From: Candidatus Bathyarchaeia archaeon
GTDB lineage: Archaea; Thermoproteota; Bathyarchaeia; 40CM-2-53-6
DNA: 64,000 nt
Assembly (NCBI GenBank): GCA_050013255.1
Contig: JBEKFP010000001.1
Span: 1,184,001 to 1,248,000, forward strand
Direction: 5' to 3'
Shown here one piece after another: positions 9,974 to 19,697 of the stretch. The notes under the pieces are model-generated. The model saw only the letters and a program-made list of their open reading frames with translations. It did not search any database and was not told the DNA's origin. A program made the position numbers and the translations under genes. Numbering within the stretch: position 1 is the stretch's first letter; every line of letters begins with the position of its first letter.

Positions 9974-11491
9974 ATGAATGGGCGCGAATACGCAGTAGAC
10001 ATGAGGGGCATCGTCAAGACATTTCCTGGTGTAGTTGCCAACGATAATGTCGATCTTCAGCTGGAACGTGGGAAGATACACGCTCTCCTCGGGGAGAACG
10101 GGGCCGGAAAGACAACACTGATGAACGTGCTATACGGCCTTTACAGGCCCGACGGGGGCGAAATTCTAGTCGGTGACAAGCGGGTTGTTTTCAACTCTCC
10201 CCAAGACGCCATAGCCGTGAAGATTGGAATGATACATCAACACTTCATGCTAGTACAAGCAATGAGCGTTGTCGACAACATAATCTTGGGGCTGAAGTCT
10301 AACAAAGTCGTGTTAGACGAGGTTTCGGCTCAGAAGAGAATTCGGGAGCTTGCTGACACTTATGGCCTGGAGGTTGACCCAGATAGCTACATTTGGCAAC
10401 TGAGTGTTGGCGAACAGCAACGAGTTGAGATCCTAAAAGCAATCTACAGGGACGCTAGCATCTTAATTCTCGACGAACCGACTGCAGTTTTGACCCCTCC
10501 AGAGATCAAGGACTTGTTCCGAGTTCTTCGCAGAATGAAAGGCGAAGGAAAATCCATCGTCTACATCAGTCACAAACTCGATGAGGTACTGGAAATCAGT
10601 GACAGGATCTCCGTCCTAAGGCTCGGCAAAATAGTGGCAGAGGTCTTGACGAAAGAGACAAGCAAGGTAGAACTCGCTCGTATGATGGTGGGTCGAGAAG
10701 TAATCTTCAGACTCTCCAAGACAGCGGCCAAGACTGGAAAACCGATCCTTGAGGTTCAAGACATTTCCGCAGTGAATGATAGGAAGGCGCTTGCGTTAAG
10801 GAAAGTCTCATTTACCGTCGGGGAAGGTGAGATCCTCGGTATCGCTGGCGTCTCGGGCAACGGACAGCGAGAACTCGCGGAGGTTCTTATCGGGCTGAGG
10901 AAGGTTGCGAATGGAAATGTCAAGATCGGTGGCGTCGATGTTACGAATTCGAGCCCAAGAAAAATGGCCGATATGAGCGTGGGGTTCATTCCAGAGGATC
11001 GGGTGGGAGTAGGCTTAGTGATGAATCTCCCAATTCTCAACAACGCGATTCTGAAAGAGTATCGGAACTTTTCGAACGGCCCGCTTCTGGATTATGCCGC
11101 CGCCTCCGCTTACACGGAACGGATAATCAAGGAATTTGGCGTTAAGACGCCCAACATGCGTTACCCCACAAAGACGCTCTCAGGTGGTAATCTGCAGAAA
11201 CTCATCTTGGCACGTGAACTCGCTAGGGACCCGAGGTTATTAATTGCGTCCCAGCCCACACGAGGGCTTGATGTGGGCGCAACTGAGGAAATACGCTCAA
11301 GACTCATAGAAGAAAGATCTCACGGCCGAGGGGTTCTGCTCATCTCCGAAGACCTCGACGAGATACTGTCCCTGAGCGATAGGATCGCTGTAATGTTTGA
11401 GGGACAGATCATGGGTATTGTTCAAGCTGAGGATGCGAAGCTGGAAGATATTGGACTGATGATGGCCGGGTCCAAGAGAATGGAGGCGTGA
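9974..11491 (+). CDS. CUT2/nucleoside ABC transporter ATP-binding protein (duplicated ATPase)
   Basis: GENGAGKT, LSVGEQQRVEI, DEPT, LSGGNLQK. Confidence 0.95.
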   Translation: MNGREYAVDMRGIVKTFPGVVANDNVDLQLERGKIHALLGENGAGKTTLMNVLYGLYRPDGGEILVGDKRVVFNSPQDAIAVKIGMIHQHFMLVQAMSVVDNIILGLKSNKVVLDEVSAQKRIRELADTYGLEVDPDSYIWQLSVGEQQRVEILKAIYRDASILILDEPTAVLTPPEIKDLFRVLRRMKGEGKSIVYISHKLDEVLEISDRISVLRLGKIVAEVLTKETSKVELARMMVGREVIFRLSKTAAKTGKPILEVQDISAVNDRKALALRKVSFTVGEGEILGIAGVSGNGQRELAEVLIGLRKVANGNVKIGGVDVTNSSPRKMADMSVGFIPEDRVGVGLVMNLPILNNAILKEYRNFSNGPLLDYAAASAYTERIIKEFGVKTPNMRYPTKTLSGGNLQKLILARELARDPRLLIASQPTRGLDVGATEEIRSRLIEERSHGRGVLLISEDLDEILSLSDRIAVMFEGQIMGIVQAEDAKLEDIGLMMAGSKRMEA

Positions 11492-11494
11492 GAG

Positions 11495-12562
11495 TTGGCC
11501 TTCTTTACAGTCGAGAAACGTTTACTGCCGTCACGGCGACTCAACATCGCTGCGCCTATTGTATCAACGTTGGTCGCTCTGGTCATTTCTGCTGTCCCAA
11601 TCTATGTGGGCGGAGTCAATCCCCTATACGGTTATGGGGAACTCTTGTATGGCGCCCTCGGCGACAAACTCGCTATAACAGAAACTTTCGTGTTGTTCGC
11701 ACCACTGCTGCTCTGCGGTTTGGCGGTCGCACTAGCCTTCACGTGTAAGTTTTGGAACATCGGAGCAGAGGGACAACTCTATTCCGGAGGGTTGTTCGCA
11801 TCATTCTTCGCGGTTTACGCTACATCTATTCCATCGGTTATAGCCATTCCAGCAATGTTGGCCGTGGGTTTCCTCGGAGGGGCGGGATGGGCTGCGATCC
11901 CTGCGATTCTGAAAGTGAAACTGAAAGTTGACGAAGTTGTAACCACCCTGCTAGGCAACTGGATAATGACCTACGCCGTTGAGGCACTTCTGTTCGGCCC
12001 TTGGAAGAATCCTGCTACGGGATGGCCTGAATCGCCCGTAATCTCTGATACAACGAAATTCCCAATCCTCATAGCGGGCTCGAGATTTCATTTTGGCATA
12101 ATCCTCGCACTACTCGTGGCTGTCGTATTCTATATCATAGTTCGGAAAACGAAGTGGGGGTTTGAGCTGCTCGGAATCGGAGGGAATCAGACCGCTTCGT
12201 ACGCAGCTGGCATTAATGTTCCGAGACAAATCATCCTTGCCGCGATTGTCAGCGGGGGCATTGCAGGCCTTGCAGGCGTAGGTCAAGTTGCGGGTATCCA
12301 GTTTCATATGACGACTGACCTCTCGCCGGGTTACGGTTATACTGGAGTGATAATTGCGATGGTAGGCGCCCTTAACCCCATTGGAGTAGTGTTGGCTTCC
12401 TTCCTTCTGGCAGTAGTTGTTCAGGGTACACAAGCGATGCACCGCGCCACAGGCGTCCCTTGGGCGTTGGCGGAGGGCATGCAGGGGATAATCCTCCTTT
12501 GCCTGTTGGTAGGCATTTTCTTCACCAAATATCGCCTGAAGCAAGGTAGGAGGCGCAGTTAA
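11495..12562 (+). CDS. Nucleoside ABC transporter permease 1
   Basis: WNIGAEGQ, GYGYTGVIIA; multiple TM helices. Confidence 0.93.
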   Translation: MAFFTVEKRLLPSRRLNIAAPIVSTLVALVISAVPIYVGGVNPLYGYGELLYGALGDKLAITETFVLFAPLLLCGLAVALAFTCKFWNIGAEGQLYSGGLFASFFAVYATSIPSVIAIPAMLAVGFLGGAGWAAIPAILKVKLKVDEVVTTLLGNWIMTYAVEALLFGPWKNPATGWPESPVISDTTKFPILIAGSRFHFGIILALLVAVVFYIIVRKTKWGFELLGIGGNQTASYAAGINVPRQIILAAIVSGGIAGLAGVGQVAGIQFHMTTDLSPGYGYTGVIIAMVGALNPIGVVLASFLLAVVVQGTQAMHRATGVPWALAEGMQGIILLCLLVGIFFTKYRLKQGRRRS

Positions 12563-13501
12563 TTGTCGTTACTTGATGCCACCCTGATCACCGGCGTGCT
12601 TGCGATGACGCTGAGAATGGCAACTCCATTGATTTACGGGACTGTAGGGGAAACGTTCTCTGAACGAGCAGGAATCCTAAACTTGGGAATAGAGGGCATG
12701 ATGTTGATGGGTGCAAGCATAGGGTTTCTCGTTGGATTTACTACGGGAGACCTATGGCTAGGAGTAGCCGCAGCTGCACTCACAGGGCTCGTGTTGGGAT
12801 TAGTAATGGCGTTCCTGACGGTATCAATAGGCGCCCAACAGCATGTTGCTGGTTTGGGGCTCACGATAGCCTGCTCGGGTTTCAGCTTTTACATTTACCG
12901 AATATCCGTGGCCAATGTTGGAGGCGTTGCACCACACGTAGAACCATTCGCCACAATTCCCATTCCATACCTGAGTCAAATACCGATCATTGGAGAGGTC
13001 CTGTTCAACCAGCACGCGTTGGCTTACATTGGGTTGATCCTTGTACCAGTCTCAGCCTTCGTACTCTTCAGAACCAGATTTGGCCTTTCTCTTCGCGCTG
13101 TCGGTGAAAACCCGAACGCTGCTGCGACAGCAGGCATCGACGTGTTCAAGATGAGATACATCAGCCTCATCATAGCGGGTGTCCTCAGTGCCATTGGCGG
13201 GGCTTGGCTCTCATTGGCACAGTCGGGCATGTTCCTTCCGGGACTTACGCAGGGGCGAGGATGGGTGTGTATTGCGTTGGTTGTTTTCGCTAACTGGATG
13301 CCCTACAGAGTTCTAGGCGGGGCCATACTGTTCGGTGGAATAGACGCCGTTCAACTGTCGTTGCAGGGAGTTGGTTGGAACATACCTTACCAACTATTCC
13401 TCATGCTTCCTTACGTGCTAACAATAGTGGCCCTAGTAGCGGTCTCTCGACGAGCAAGAGCCCCAGCCGCGCTTCTTCTTTCGTACAAGAGGGAAGATTG
13501 A
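12563..13501 (+). CDS. Nucleoside ABC transporter permease 2
   Basis: SERAGILNLGIEG, RAVGENP, GRGW. Confidence 0.93.
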   Translation: MSLLDATLITGVLAMTLRMATPLIYGTVGETFSERAGILNLGIEGMMLMGASIGFLVGFTTGDLWLGVAAAALTGLVLGLVMAFLTVSIGAQQHVAGLGLTIACSGFSFYIYRISVANVGGVAPHVEPFATIPIPYLSQIPIIGEVLFNQHALAYIGLILVPVSAFVLFRTRFGLSLRAVGENPNAAATAGIDVFKMRYISLIIAGVLSAIGGAWLSLAQSGMFLPGLTQGRGWVCIALVVFANWMPYRVLGGAILFGGIDAVQLSLQGVGWNIPYQLFLMLPYVLTIVALVAVSRRARAPAALLLSYKRED

Positions 13502-13568
13502 ACTTTCTCGTTACTGCAAACGGCATGCGGCTATCACACTAAAGTGTAGAATCCCGAGAGCGACAAGT

Positions 13569-14798
13569 ATGAGCCCCGACCTTATAGTTCGGAACGCGAG
13601 GTTGCGTTCGGGAAAGGTTTGTGACATATCGATCAGTGATGGAAAATTCGAGGAAATTGGCGAACATCTGAATAGTTCGGCAGGGCGAGTAGTGGACGCG
13701 AACGGTAATTTAGCAACTGAATCCTTCCCAGTTGCCCATCTGCACCTCGATAAGGTCATGACTGGCGCGTTCGCGGAAGAAGCCGTCCTGGTTGAGTATG
13801 AGAAGCCATCCATGGGCGGTGCGATGACCGCCATTGAACTCGCATCGAAAGTGAAGGAACATTACGTGGAATCGGAGATCCTAGAACGAGTTCGACATGT
13901 ACTGACTGACGCTGAGTACTACGGTGTAAGCCACGTTAGAGCCTTCGCCGACGTGGACACCAAAGCAAAGTTGATCGGTGTCAAAGCACTTCTAAAGGCA
14001 AGGGACGAATTCAAGAACCAAGTTGACATTCAGATTGTTCCTTTTCCACAAGACGGAATCATTAGGGAACCTGGGGCAGAGGAATTGCTTTACAAATCCA
14101 TGGACCTAGGCGCAGATTTGGTCGGTGGAATCCCATGGATAGAGCTAACGGAGGAGGATTCGAAGAAGCACATTGACATCGCATTCGAGATTGCGAAGAA
14201 GTATGATGCCGATGTGGCTATGCTGACTGATGACGCAGGCGATCCTGAGCTCAGGACCACTGAGTACTTGGCAAAGTCCGCAATGAAGAATGGTTGGGAA
14301 GGCAGAGTTACTGCCTGCCATGCTAGGGCGACTGCGCTTTACAATGATGTTTACCATAGAAAGTTCGCTGCCCTGCTGAAGAAGGCGGGTGTCGGAATTG
14401 TCACCGACCCTCATACTGGTCCGTTGCATGTGCGCGTGAAGGAGCTTTTGAACGCCGGCGTGACTGTGGCGCTCAGCCAGGACGATGTTTACGATGCGTA
14501 CTATCCGTATGGACGGTGTAACATGCTCGAAATCGCCTTTCTGGCAGCTCATCTGTTGTGGATGACGTCGAACCGGGATCGCGAGATACTGTACGATATG
14601 ATTACCAAGAACCCTGCCAATATTATGGGAATCGACGACTATGGCTTGGCGAATGGAAACGCTGCAGACCTTGTCATACTGAATGCTCAGGATCTAAGGA
14701 CCGCCCTCACATATCACACAGAACCGCTTTACGTCATCAGGAATGGCATGGTCACATGTGAAACACGTGTGAACAGAACCCGCAATGCCGAGAATTAG
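13569..14798 (+). CDS. Metal-dependent amidohydrolase, bacterial cytosine/creatinine deaminase (CodA)-like
   Basis: HLHLDK, FPQDG, GGIPW, ACHA, QDD..DAYYPYG. Confidence 0.88.
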   Translation: MSPDLIVRNARLRSGKVCDISISDGKFEEIGEHLNSSAGRVVDANGNLATESFPVAHLHLDKVMTGAFAEEAVLVEYEKPSMGGAMTAIELASKVKEHYVESEILERVRHVLTDAEYYGVSHVRAFADVDTKAKLIGVKALLKARDEFKNQVDIQIVPFPQDGIIREPGAEELLYKSMDLGADLVGGIPWIELTEEDSKKHIDIAFEIAKKYDADVAMLTDDAGDPELRTTEYLAKSAMKNGWEGRVTACHARATALYNDVYHRKFAALLKKAGVGIVTDPHTGPLHVRVKELLNAGVTVALSQDDVYDAYYPYGRCNMLEIAFLAAHLLWMTSNRDREILYDMITKNPANIMGIDDYGLANGNAADLVILNAQDLRTALTYHTEPLYVIRNGMVTCETRVNRTRNAEN

Positions 14799-14893
14799 AA
14801 TTCGTCATTAAGTCAGGAGCGGGAGTGTTCGGCCTATAGACTCATAGTGCTGGTGGGTAATTATTTCAATGAGCCATCGCCTATCTTGGAACC

Positions 14894-15985
14894 TTGTTTT
14901 CCGAGATGAACCATTTGGAAGAACTTGAAACAAACTTAGTGGATTCCATAATTCAGGAATACGGAGTCAATGTCGACGCTACAAGACCCGCTAACCTAAC
15001 CAAAACAAGACTCAATCCGCAGACTAGAGTCTTTGAAGTCCAACACTCATCATTGAATGCCTTCATCATCGACACTCCTATGACCCGAAGAATCGCTTGC
15101 CACCCACATGTGGTGGGGGATGAACTTGAGAACCTTACACTCGAGGCAGCAGAACAGAGCTTGCCTGCTATTCTTGAACTATCACAAATCAATCCCACTA
15201 GGAAGGGGGCAATAGTGTTTGAGCAAATCCTCAGAGCCGCTCCCGGGTACAACCTGCATCAGGCAGCGAGCCGAGTAATTCCAGGCAATTATAGAACCGT
15301 CAACATTAGGCCTCGCTACACTCACACATCCTATCGAGATCACGACGGCATGGTTCACCGACAACTCGACATAGTTTACGAAGATTTTGCGGAACTCCCC
15401 GCAAACAGAGAGGTTTTCTTGATAATGCAAGATACGGTGGCAAGCAGTAGGTCAGCCGAAGTCAGCATCGAAGCCGCAATTAATCATTGCGAAGAAGTCG
15501 GCTCGCATATCGCCAAGTGGATTCTTTATGGGTTCATCGCTCTAGAAGGACTCAAGCTGCTCGACAAAATTGCGCGAAGCCACCGCATTCCATTAGTAGC
15601 ATTTGCAATGGGAAATCTGACCGCTCTCTGCGCCAACAATTACGACATGCCACTATACGGTGTAGACGAATGGCTCTGGCGCAAGGATCATTCGATCAGC
15701 AAGCTTGGTGCATTGCTCGATAGAGACACATTTGTGGAATATCTACACGAATTTGTTCCCGGGTCGGATCAACCCGGTGATTGGTCCGCACGTCAAAGTA
15801 GACTGTTCAACGGCCAGGGTTATGAAGGAGGTGACATAGCTGGCCACCTAGAAAACAGCATACGACTAATGAAAAGTCTGCTAGAGATCGGAGAATTGAA
15901 GGATTGGCAGGAAAAGATAGCATCAGATGAGCTACTCAGACTGGAGAAGGGATTGGAAAAGGTAAGGGCGGATCCTCTGAGATAG
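14894..15985 (+). CDS. Hypothetical protein, divergent type I phosphoribosyltransferase (UPRTase-like)
   Basis: ILRAAPG, IMQDTVASSRS (PRPP-loop-like), PGSDQPGDW; context of nucleoside genes. Confidence 0.5.
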   Translation: MFSEMNHLEELETNLVDSIIQEYGVNVDATRPANLTKTRLNPQTRVFEVQHSSLNAFIIDTPMTRRIACHPHVVGDELENLTLEAAEQSLPAILELSQINPTRKGAIVFEQILRAAPGYNLHQAASRVIPGNYRTVNIRPRYTHTSYRDHDGMVHRQLDIVYEDFAELPANREVFLIMQDTVASSRSAEVSIEAAINHCEEVGSHIAKWILYGFIALEGLKLLDKIARSHRIPLVAFAMGNLTALCANNYDMPLYGVDEWLWRKDHSISKLGALLDRDTFVEYLHEFVPGSDQPGDWSARQSRLFNGQGYEGGDIAGHLENSIRLMKSLLEIGELKDWQEKIASDELLRLEKGLEKVRADPLR

Positions 15986-16022
15986 CGGTCGGGTCAGATT
16001 CAGGAATCAGGCAACGAAGTCG

Positions 16023-16484
16023 TCAGAGTTTCCCTATATCCTCATTCCATAACTTTGGATTTCTCTCTATGAACTGCTTCATGATTTCCTTGCATTCATC
16101 GAGGTTTAAGTTGATTACCTGAACGCCATGGTTTACCATTAGCTCCTCAGCCCCGGGAAAAGTCGCCGACTCTCCCACAACTACCTTCTTTATTTCAAAT
16201 TGGACGACTGCGCCTGCACAGAGGTAGCAGGGCATCAATGTGGAGTAGAGTGTTGTGCCGCTATAGCTACCTATTCTTCCTGTCTTGCGAAGACAATCGA
16301 TTTCTGCGTGCGAAGTTGGGTCTCTCTCTTGTACCCGCTTGTTGTGGCCCTGCCCAATGATCTTTCCGTCCCGTACAAGAAGGGACCCAATTGGAATGCC
16401 CCCTTCACGCATTCCGAGCTTTGCTTCCTCGATGGCTACCTTCATGAAATCTTGATAGACTTTCCTATCTTCAATATGATCCAT
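16023..16484 (-). CDS. Zn-dependent nucleoside/cytosine deaminase (yeast FCY1-like)
   Basis: EGGIPIG, HAEIDCL, PCYLC, WNEDIG. Confidence 0.92.
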   Translation of the reverse strand: MDHIEDRKVYQDFMKVAIEEAKLGMREGGIPIGSLLVRDGKIIGQGHNKRVQERDPTSHAEIDCLRKTGRIGSYSGTTLYSTLMPCYLCAGAVVQFEIKKVVVGESATFPGAEELMVNHGVQVINLNLDECKEIMKQFIERNPKLWNEDIGKL

Positions 16485-16529
16485 TTTCAGAACCCTCGGT
16501 GAAGATCGATTTTGTTTGGGGAATGGATT

Positions 16530-17252
16530 CTATAGGTCGATATGTTCTGGCATTTTCGGGTTCTGCGATTGCTTCAGCAAGTCGCTTGGTACGGGCCTTT
16601 CACCCAGGCGGGGCCCATACTTCGGCTTCACGAAGCTATGCCACTGGTCCTTGGTGTTGAAGAAGACTCTTGCTCCGCCTAATTCGTGTTGAATTTGAGG
16701 GTAGGGTTTCTGGAATTGAGCGAGTCCTAGTCCCCAGTACCTAATTCCCGTGTAGCTCTCATAGGTTGCCCACCATTCCTCCATTCCAAGGTTCTCGAAG
16801 GCATGCTCCATCTTCGCAAGATACATGAGCGCTCCTATGCCTGCCCCACGCTTGAAAGTCAACGTGTGAAGACTTATCGCGACTTTCTCATCCCAAAGGC
16901 GCGCATTAGCAATCGCGGCTAATTCTCCCTCCAAAACCCCGACGAGGCAATAGTGATCCTTTACGCGCTTCCTGTACCATGACATTATTTCCGCATAGAC
17001 TCTTGACGCGACTAGGTCGTAGAAGTCCTTCTGCTCATCCATGATGGATCGCGTGGTCTTCAGAATAACAGGGATGTCGTCTGTCGTAGCCATCCGCACC
17101 ACCATTTTCTTCCCGTCCGGCAGTTTGAGAAGTCGCGGATCATACTTTCTGGCAAGAAGAGGGGATTCTGGTGGCCGGAGAATTGGTTCCAAGTCCTCGA
17201 CATTTATCTTGACTTCCTGAAGCGTCACAGGACAAGGAGGTTTGAAAGACAT
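16530..17252 (-). CDS. Uncharacterised GNAT-like protein, paralog A
   Basis: VVRMATTDD start and SLHTLTFKRGAGIG acetyl-CoA-loop-like motif; clear paralog of 37030..37767. Confidence 0.65.
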   Translation of the reverse strand: MSFKPPCPVTLQEVKINVEDLEPILRPPESPLLARKYDPRLLKLPDGKKMVVRMATTDDIPVILKTTRSIMDEQKDFYDLVASRVYAEIMSWYRKRVKDHYCLVGVLEGELAAIANARLWDEKVAISLHTLTFKRGAGIGALMYLAKMEHAFENLGMEEWWATYESYTGIRYWGLGLAQFQKPYPQIQHELGGARVFFNTKDQWHSFVKPKYGPRLGERPVPSDLLKQSQNPKMPEHIDL

Positions 17253-17348
17253 CTAGTAAAGCACCGTCCGGAAGTCCCGCGCGCGTCCTTTTAGCGGTTG
17301 CGACACGAATTCAGAACTGGAAAAGGTGTGCGAAGGTCCATCGAATGC

Positions 17349-18266
17349 TTATGATAGTCCCATGCTCTGCGCGATGCTCTCCGTGTTGCGCCCGTTCCCT
17401 TTGATATCTGAAATCAAACAAAGCGCTAGGATCGCGCCAACCGAAATGTCAATACCGGAAGTGTGACCTCTGGGTAGAAGAGTTTCCATAGCCAAGATGA
17501 ACTCATCTTCATTTCCTAATGCTGCTGAACGAATTAGTTGTTGAACTTGGTCGTCGAGCACCTGACGTTGCATGTAATCCATCAACTTGGCACTAATCCA
17601 GTTAGTGTTCTCTTGGACAAGGTCGAGGTCTAGAAGCACCTTTGAACGGTTAATGTTGTGTGCGAGAGAGTTGTATGTGGAAAGGAACCCGCCGAGAACG
17701 TCATCTCCCGAGGGGGTGAACCCTGATCCTAAGCCTACAATTTTCATAGCCGGTTCAGAAAATTGCCCAGCCTTTCCGGAGTCTCTTAGGGTGATAATGC
17801 CTCTACGGACAAAGTCCCTCACCCCTTCGTGCGCTAGACCTTTCGAGTCTAAGACGCTCTGACTGGTGTCGATTACCGTTAGAATTGTGGAGGAGAGGGT
17901 CAGAGCCTCTTTAGTTAACCCAAATTGTTGAGCGGGTGGGTTTTCGAGATTGTACGCATTGCCGTACGGGATTGCTGCACTTAGCTGAATTGTTGCCGTA
18001 TCGCCGACGTGAATATTTCTTTCATCAACCGAAACAGGTTCTAAAGGCGTCACTATTCGCTCAACCACAGCTGCTGAATCAAGATTGATGGTTATTGGTG
18101 ATTTCAAATGCCGGTTAGTGATGAAGATGAGGTCGTTCTTGATGGTTTTCACGTAGAATGAATTCGGGAAAGCGCTTACCACAGATCCTACGACGCCTGA
18201 TCCTCCAACTAAGAGTGACCTAGCTGCAAGTGCACCTATGCAGTTCGCTTGGAGGAGGGTTCTCAA
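17349..18266 (-). CDS. DUF2877 / YlbF(AllH)-like protein
   Basis: GLGSGFTPSGDDVLGG and GHTSGID motifs. Confidence 0.85.
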   Translation of the reverse strand: MRTLLQANCIGALAARSLLVGGSGVVGSVVSAFPNSFYVKTIKNDLIFITNRHLKSPITINLDSAAVVERIVTPLEPVSVDERNIHVGDTATIQLSAAIPYGNAYNLENPPAQQFGLTKEALTLSSTILTVIDTSQSVLDSKGLAHEGVRDFVRRGIITLRDSGKAGQFSEPAMKIVGLGSGFTPSGDDVLGGFLSTYNSLAHNINRSKVLLDLDLVQENTNWISAKLMDYMQRQVLDDQVQQLIRSAALGNEDEFILAMETLLPRGHTSGIDISVGAILALCLISDIKGNGRNTESIAQSMGLS

Positions 18267-18275
18267 CCTTCGCCC

Positions 18276-19580
18276 TTAGATCCCATACCTTTGCGCGAAG
18301 GATTTGAGTGCTTGCTTGAAGATCTCTACCGGGAATGAGACTATTCCCGCTCCCACTTGCCCTATTCCTGCTTCCCTGTGGGCAATCCCTGTGTTTATCG
18401 TCGGCGTTATCCCCGTCCTAACGACTTTGCGGATATCGATGCCGGTTGGTGTTCCTTGAAAATCGAGGAAGGGTATTATGAAATCCTTGTTCTTTGCTTG
18501 AGTAATCTCATACATCTTCTGAGTGTTCTCGATGGCGTATGCTACGCTTCCACCAACCCATGAAACAATGCCTGGGGCGGCTGCCATCGCAAACCCACCA
18601 AAACCAGCTGTCTCAGTTATCGCGCTGTCCCCAAGGTCTGGATTCGCATCCTTCTCAGTAAACCCCGGGAACCACACTCCTTTTGGCACTTGTGCGGGCG
18701 CAGTGAACCACTCGTGCTCTAGGCCGCTAACCCAGATTCCCGCGTCCGTCCCATTTCGAGTAAGGACCGTGACTATGGTGCTATACTTGATTTTATCCGC
18801 GGCCAGTGCGATTGCTTTCGCGCTGGCCATTCCTAGGTTGAGGAGGGTGAAGTTGTTTTGGCTCATGAAATTGAAGGTCTCAATCAACGTCTTCTTGTCT
18901 AACCCGGTTTTCATCATGTAGGGGGCAATCTCTTTGAGAAAGAGTGGGGTTGCCGCGTTGTAGCGGTTATGGCAGTCGTCGCCCATTGTTAGAGCTTGGG
19001 TGATTATCGGCTTCATCGCGACGCCATCTTTGTCCCTCTTGATCTCCTTGATTGTGGCTTCAAGTGTTGTGGCTAGTGTGTCGCTCATCCAAACGAGTCT
19101 TTGTATTACTTCGTTAGAGTAGGCGCCATACCTCAGGACTTTTCCGATTCCTTCGTTCAGGTTCGAGTAGGTTTTAACTTCGAACTTACGGTCGTGAACG
19201 ACATATACGGGCATGTTTGGTGATACGATGCCCGCCATGGGGCCTACCGAGTCATGGTGATGGTTCGGTACGAAGGTTATCTGTCCCGCCGCCGCAAGCT
19301 TCTCAGCCTCGACCCCGTCGCGTGCCCAGCCTTCGTAGATCGCTGCGCCCATTACAGCTCCCTTCATTGGTCCACTCATGCCCTGCCATGCGATGGGTGG
19401 CCCTGCATGAAGCAGCATCTTGTCTTTCATGCCCGGAATAACCTTGCGAGCTAGTCCAATGTCGACCCACACCGGGTCGGACTCCATCATTCTACTTACT
19501 GCCTGCTGATTGGCTTTCTCAATTTCATTCTTGAGTTCAGCGGGCGCCAAAAGAACCACGGGTGCGCTGAGCCTTGCCAA
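18276..19580 (-). CDS. DUF1116 / YlbE(AllG)/YahG-like protein
   Basis: LLHAGPPI, VGPMAG, KVLRYGA, MGDDCHNR, DLGDSAITET, INTGIAH. Confidence 0.92.
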   Translation of the reverse strand: MARLSAPVVLLAPAELKNEIEKANQQAVSRMMESDPVWVDIGLARKVIPGMKDKMLLHAGPPIAWQGMSGPMKGAVMGAAIYEGWARDGVEAEKLAAAGQITFVPNHHHDSVGPMAGIVSPNMPVYVVHDRKFEVKTYSNLNEGIGKVLRYGAYSNEVIQRLVWMSDTLATTLEATIKEIKRDKDGVAMKPIITQALTMGDDCHNRYNAATPLFLKEIAPYMMKTGLDKKTLIETFNFMSQNNFTLLNLGMASAKAIALAADKIKYSTIVTVLTRNGTDAGIWVSGLEHEWFTAPAQVPKGVWFPGFTEKDANPDLGDSAITETAGFGGFAMAAAPGIVSWVGGSVAYAIENTQKMYEITQAKNKDFIIPFLDFQGTPTGIDIRKVVRTGITPTINTGIAHREAGIGQVGAGIVSFPVEIFKQALKSFAQRYGI

Positions 19581-19697
19581 GCTATAAGTCGATTTTGGCG
19601 AGGTTTCAACGGTGTGAATGGGAATTATGTTAAATGCATAATCGAAGCGGTCGTACAGTTGCAGTTGATTAGAGGACTGCTAGTGTGGTTGGGGAGA

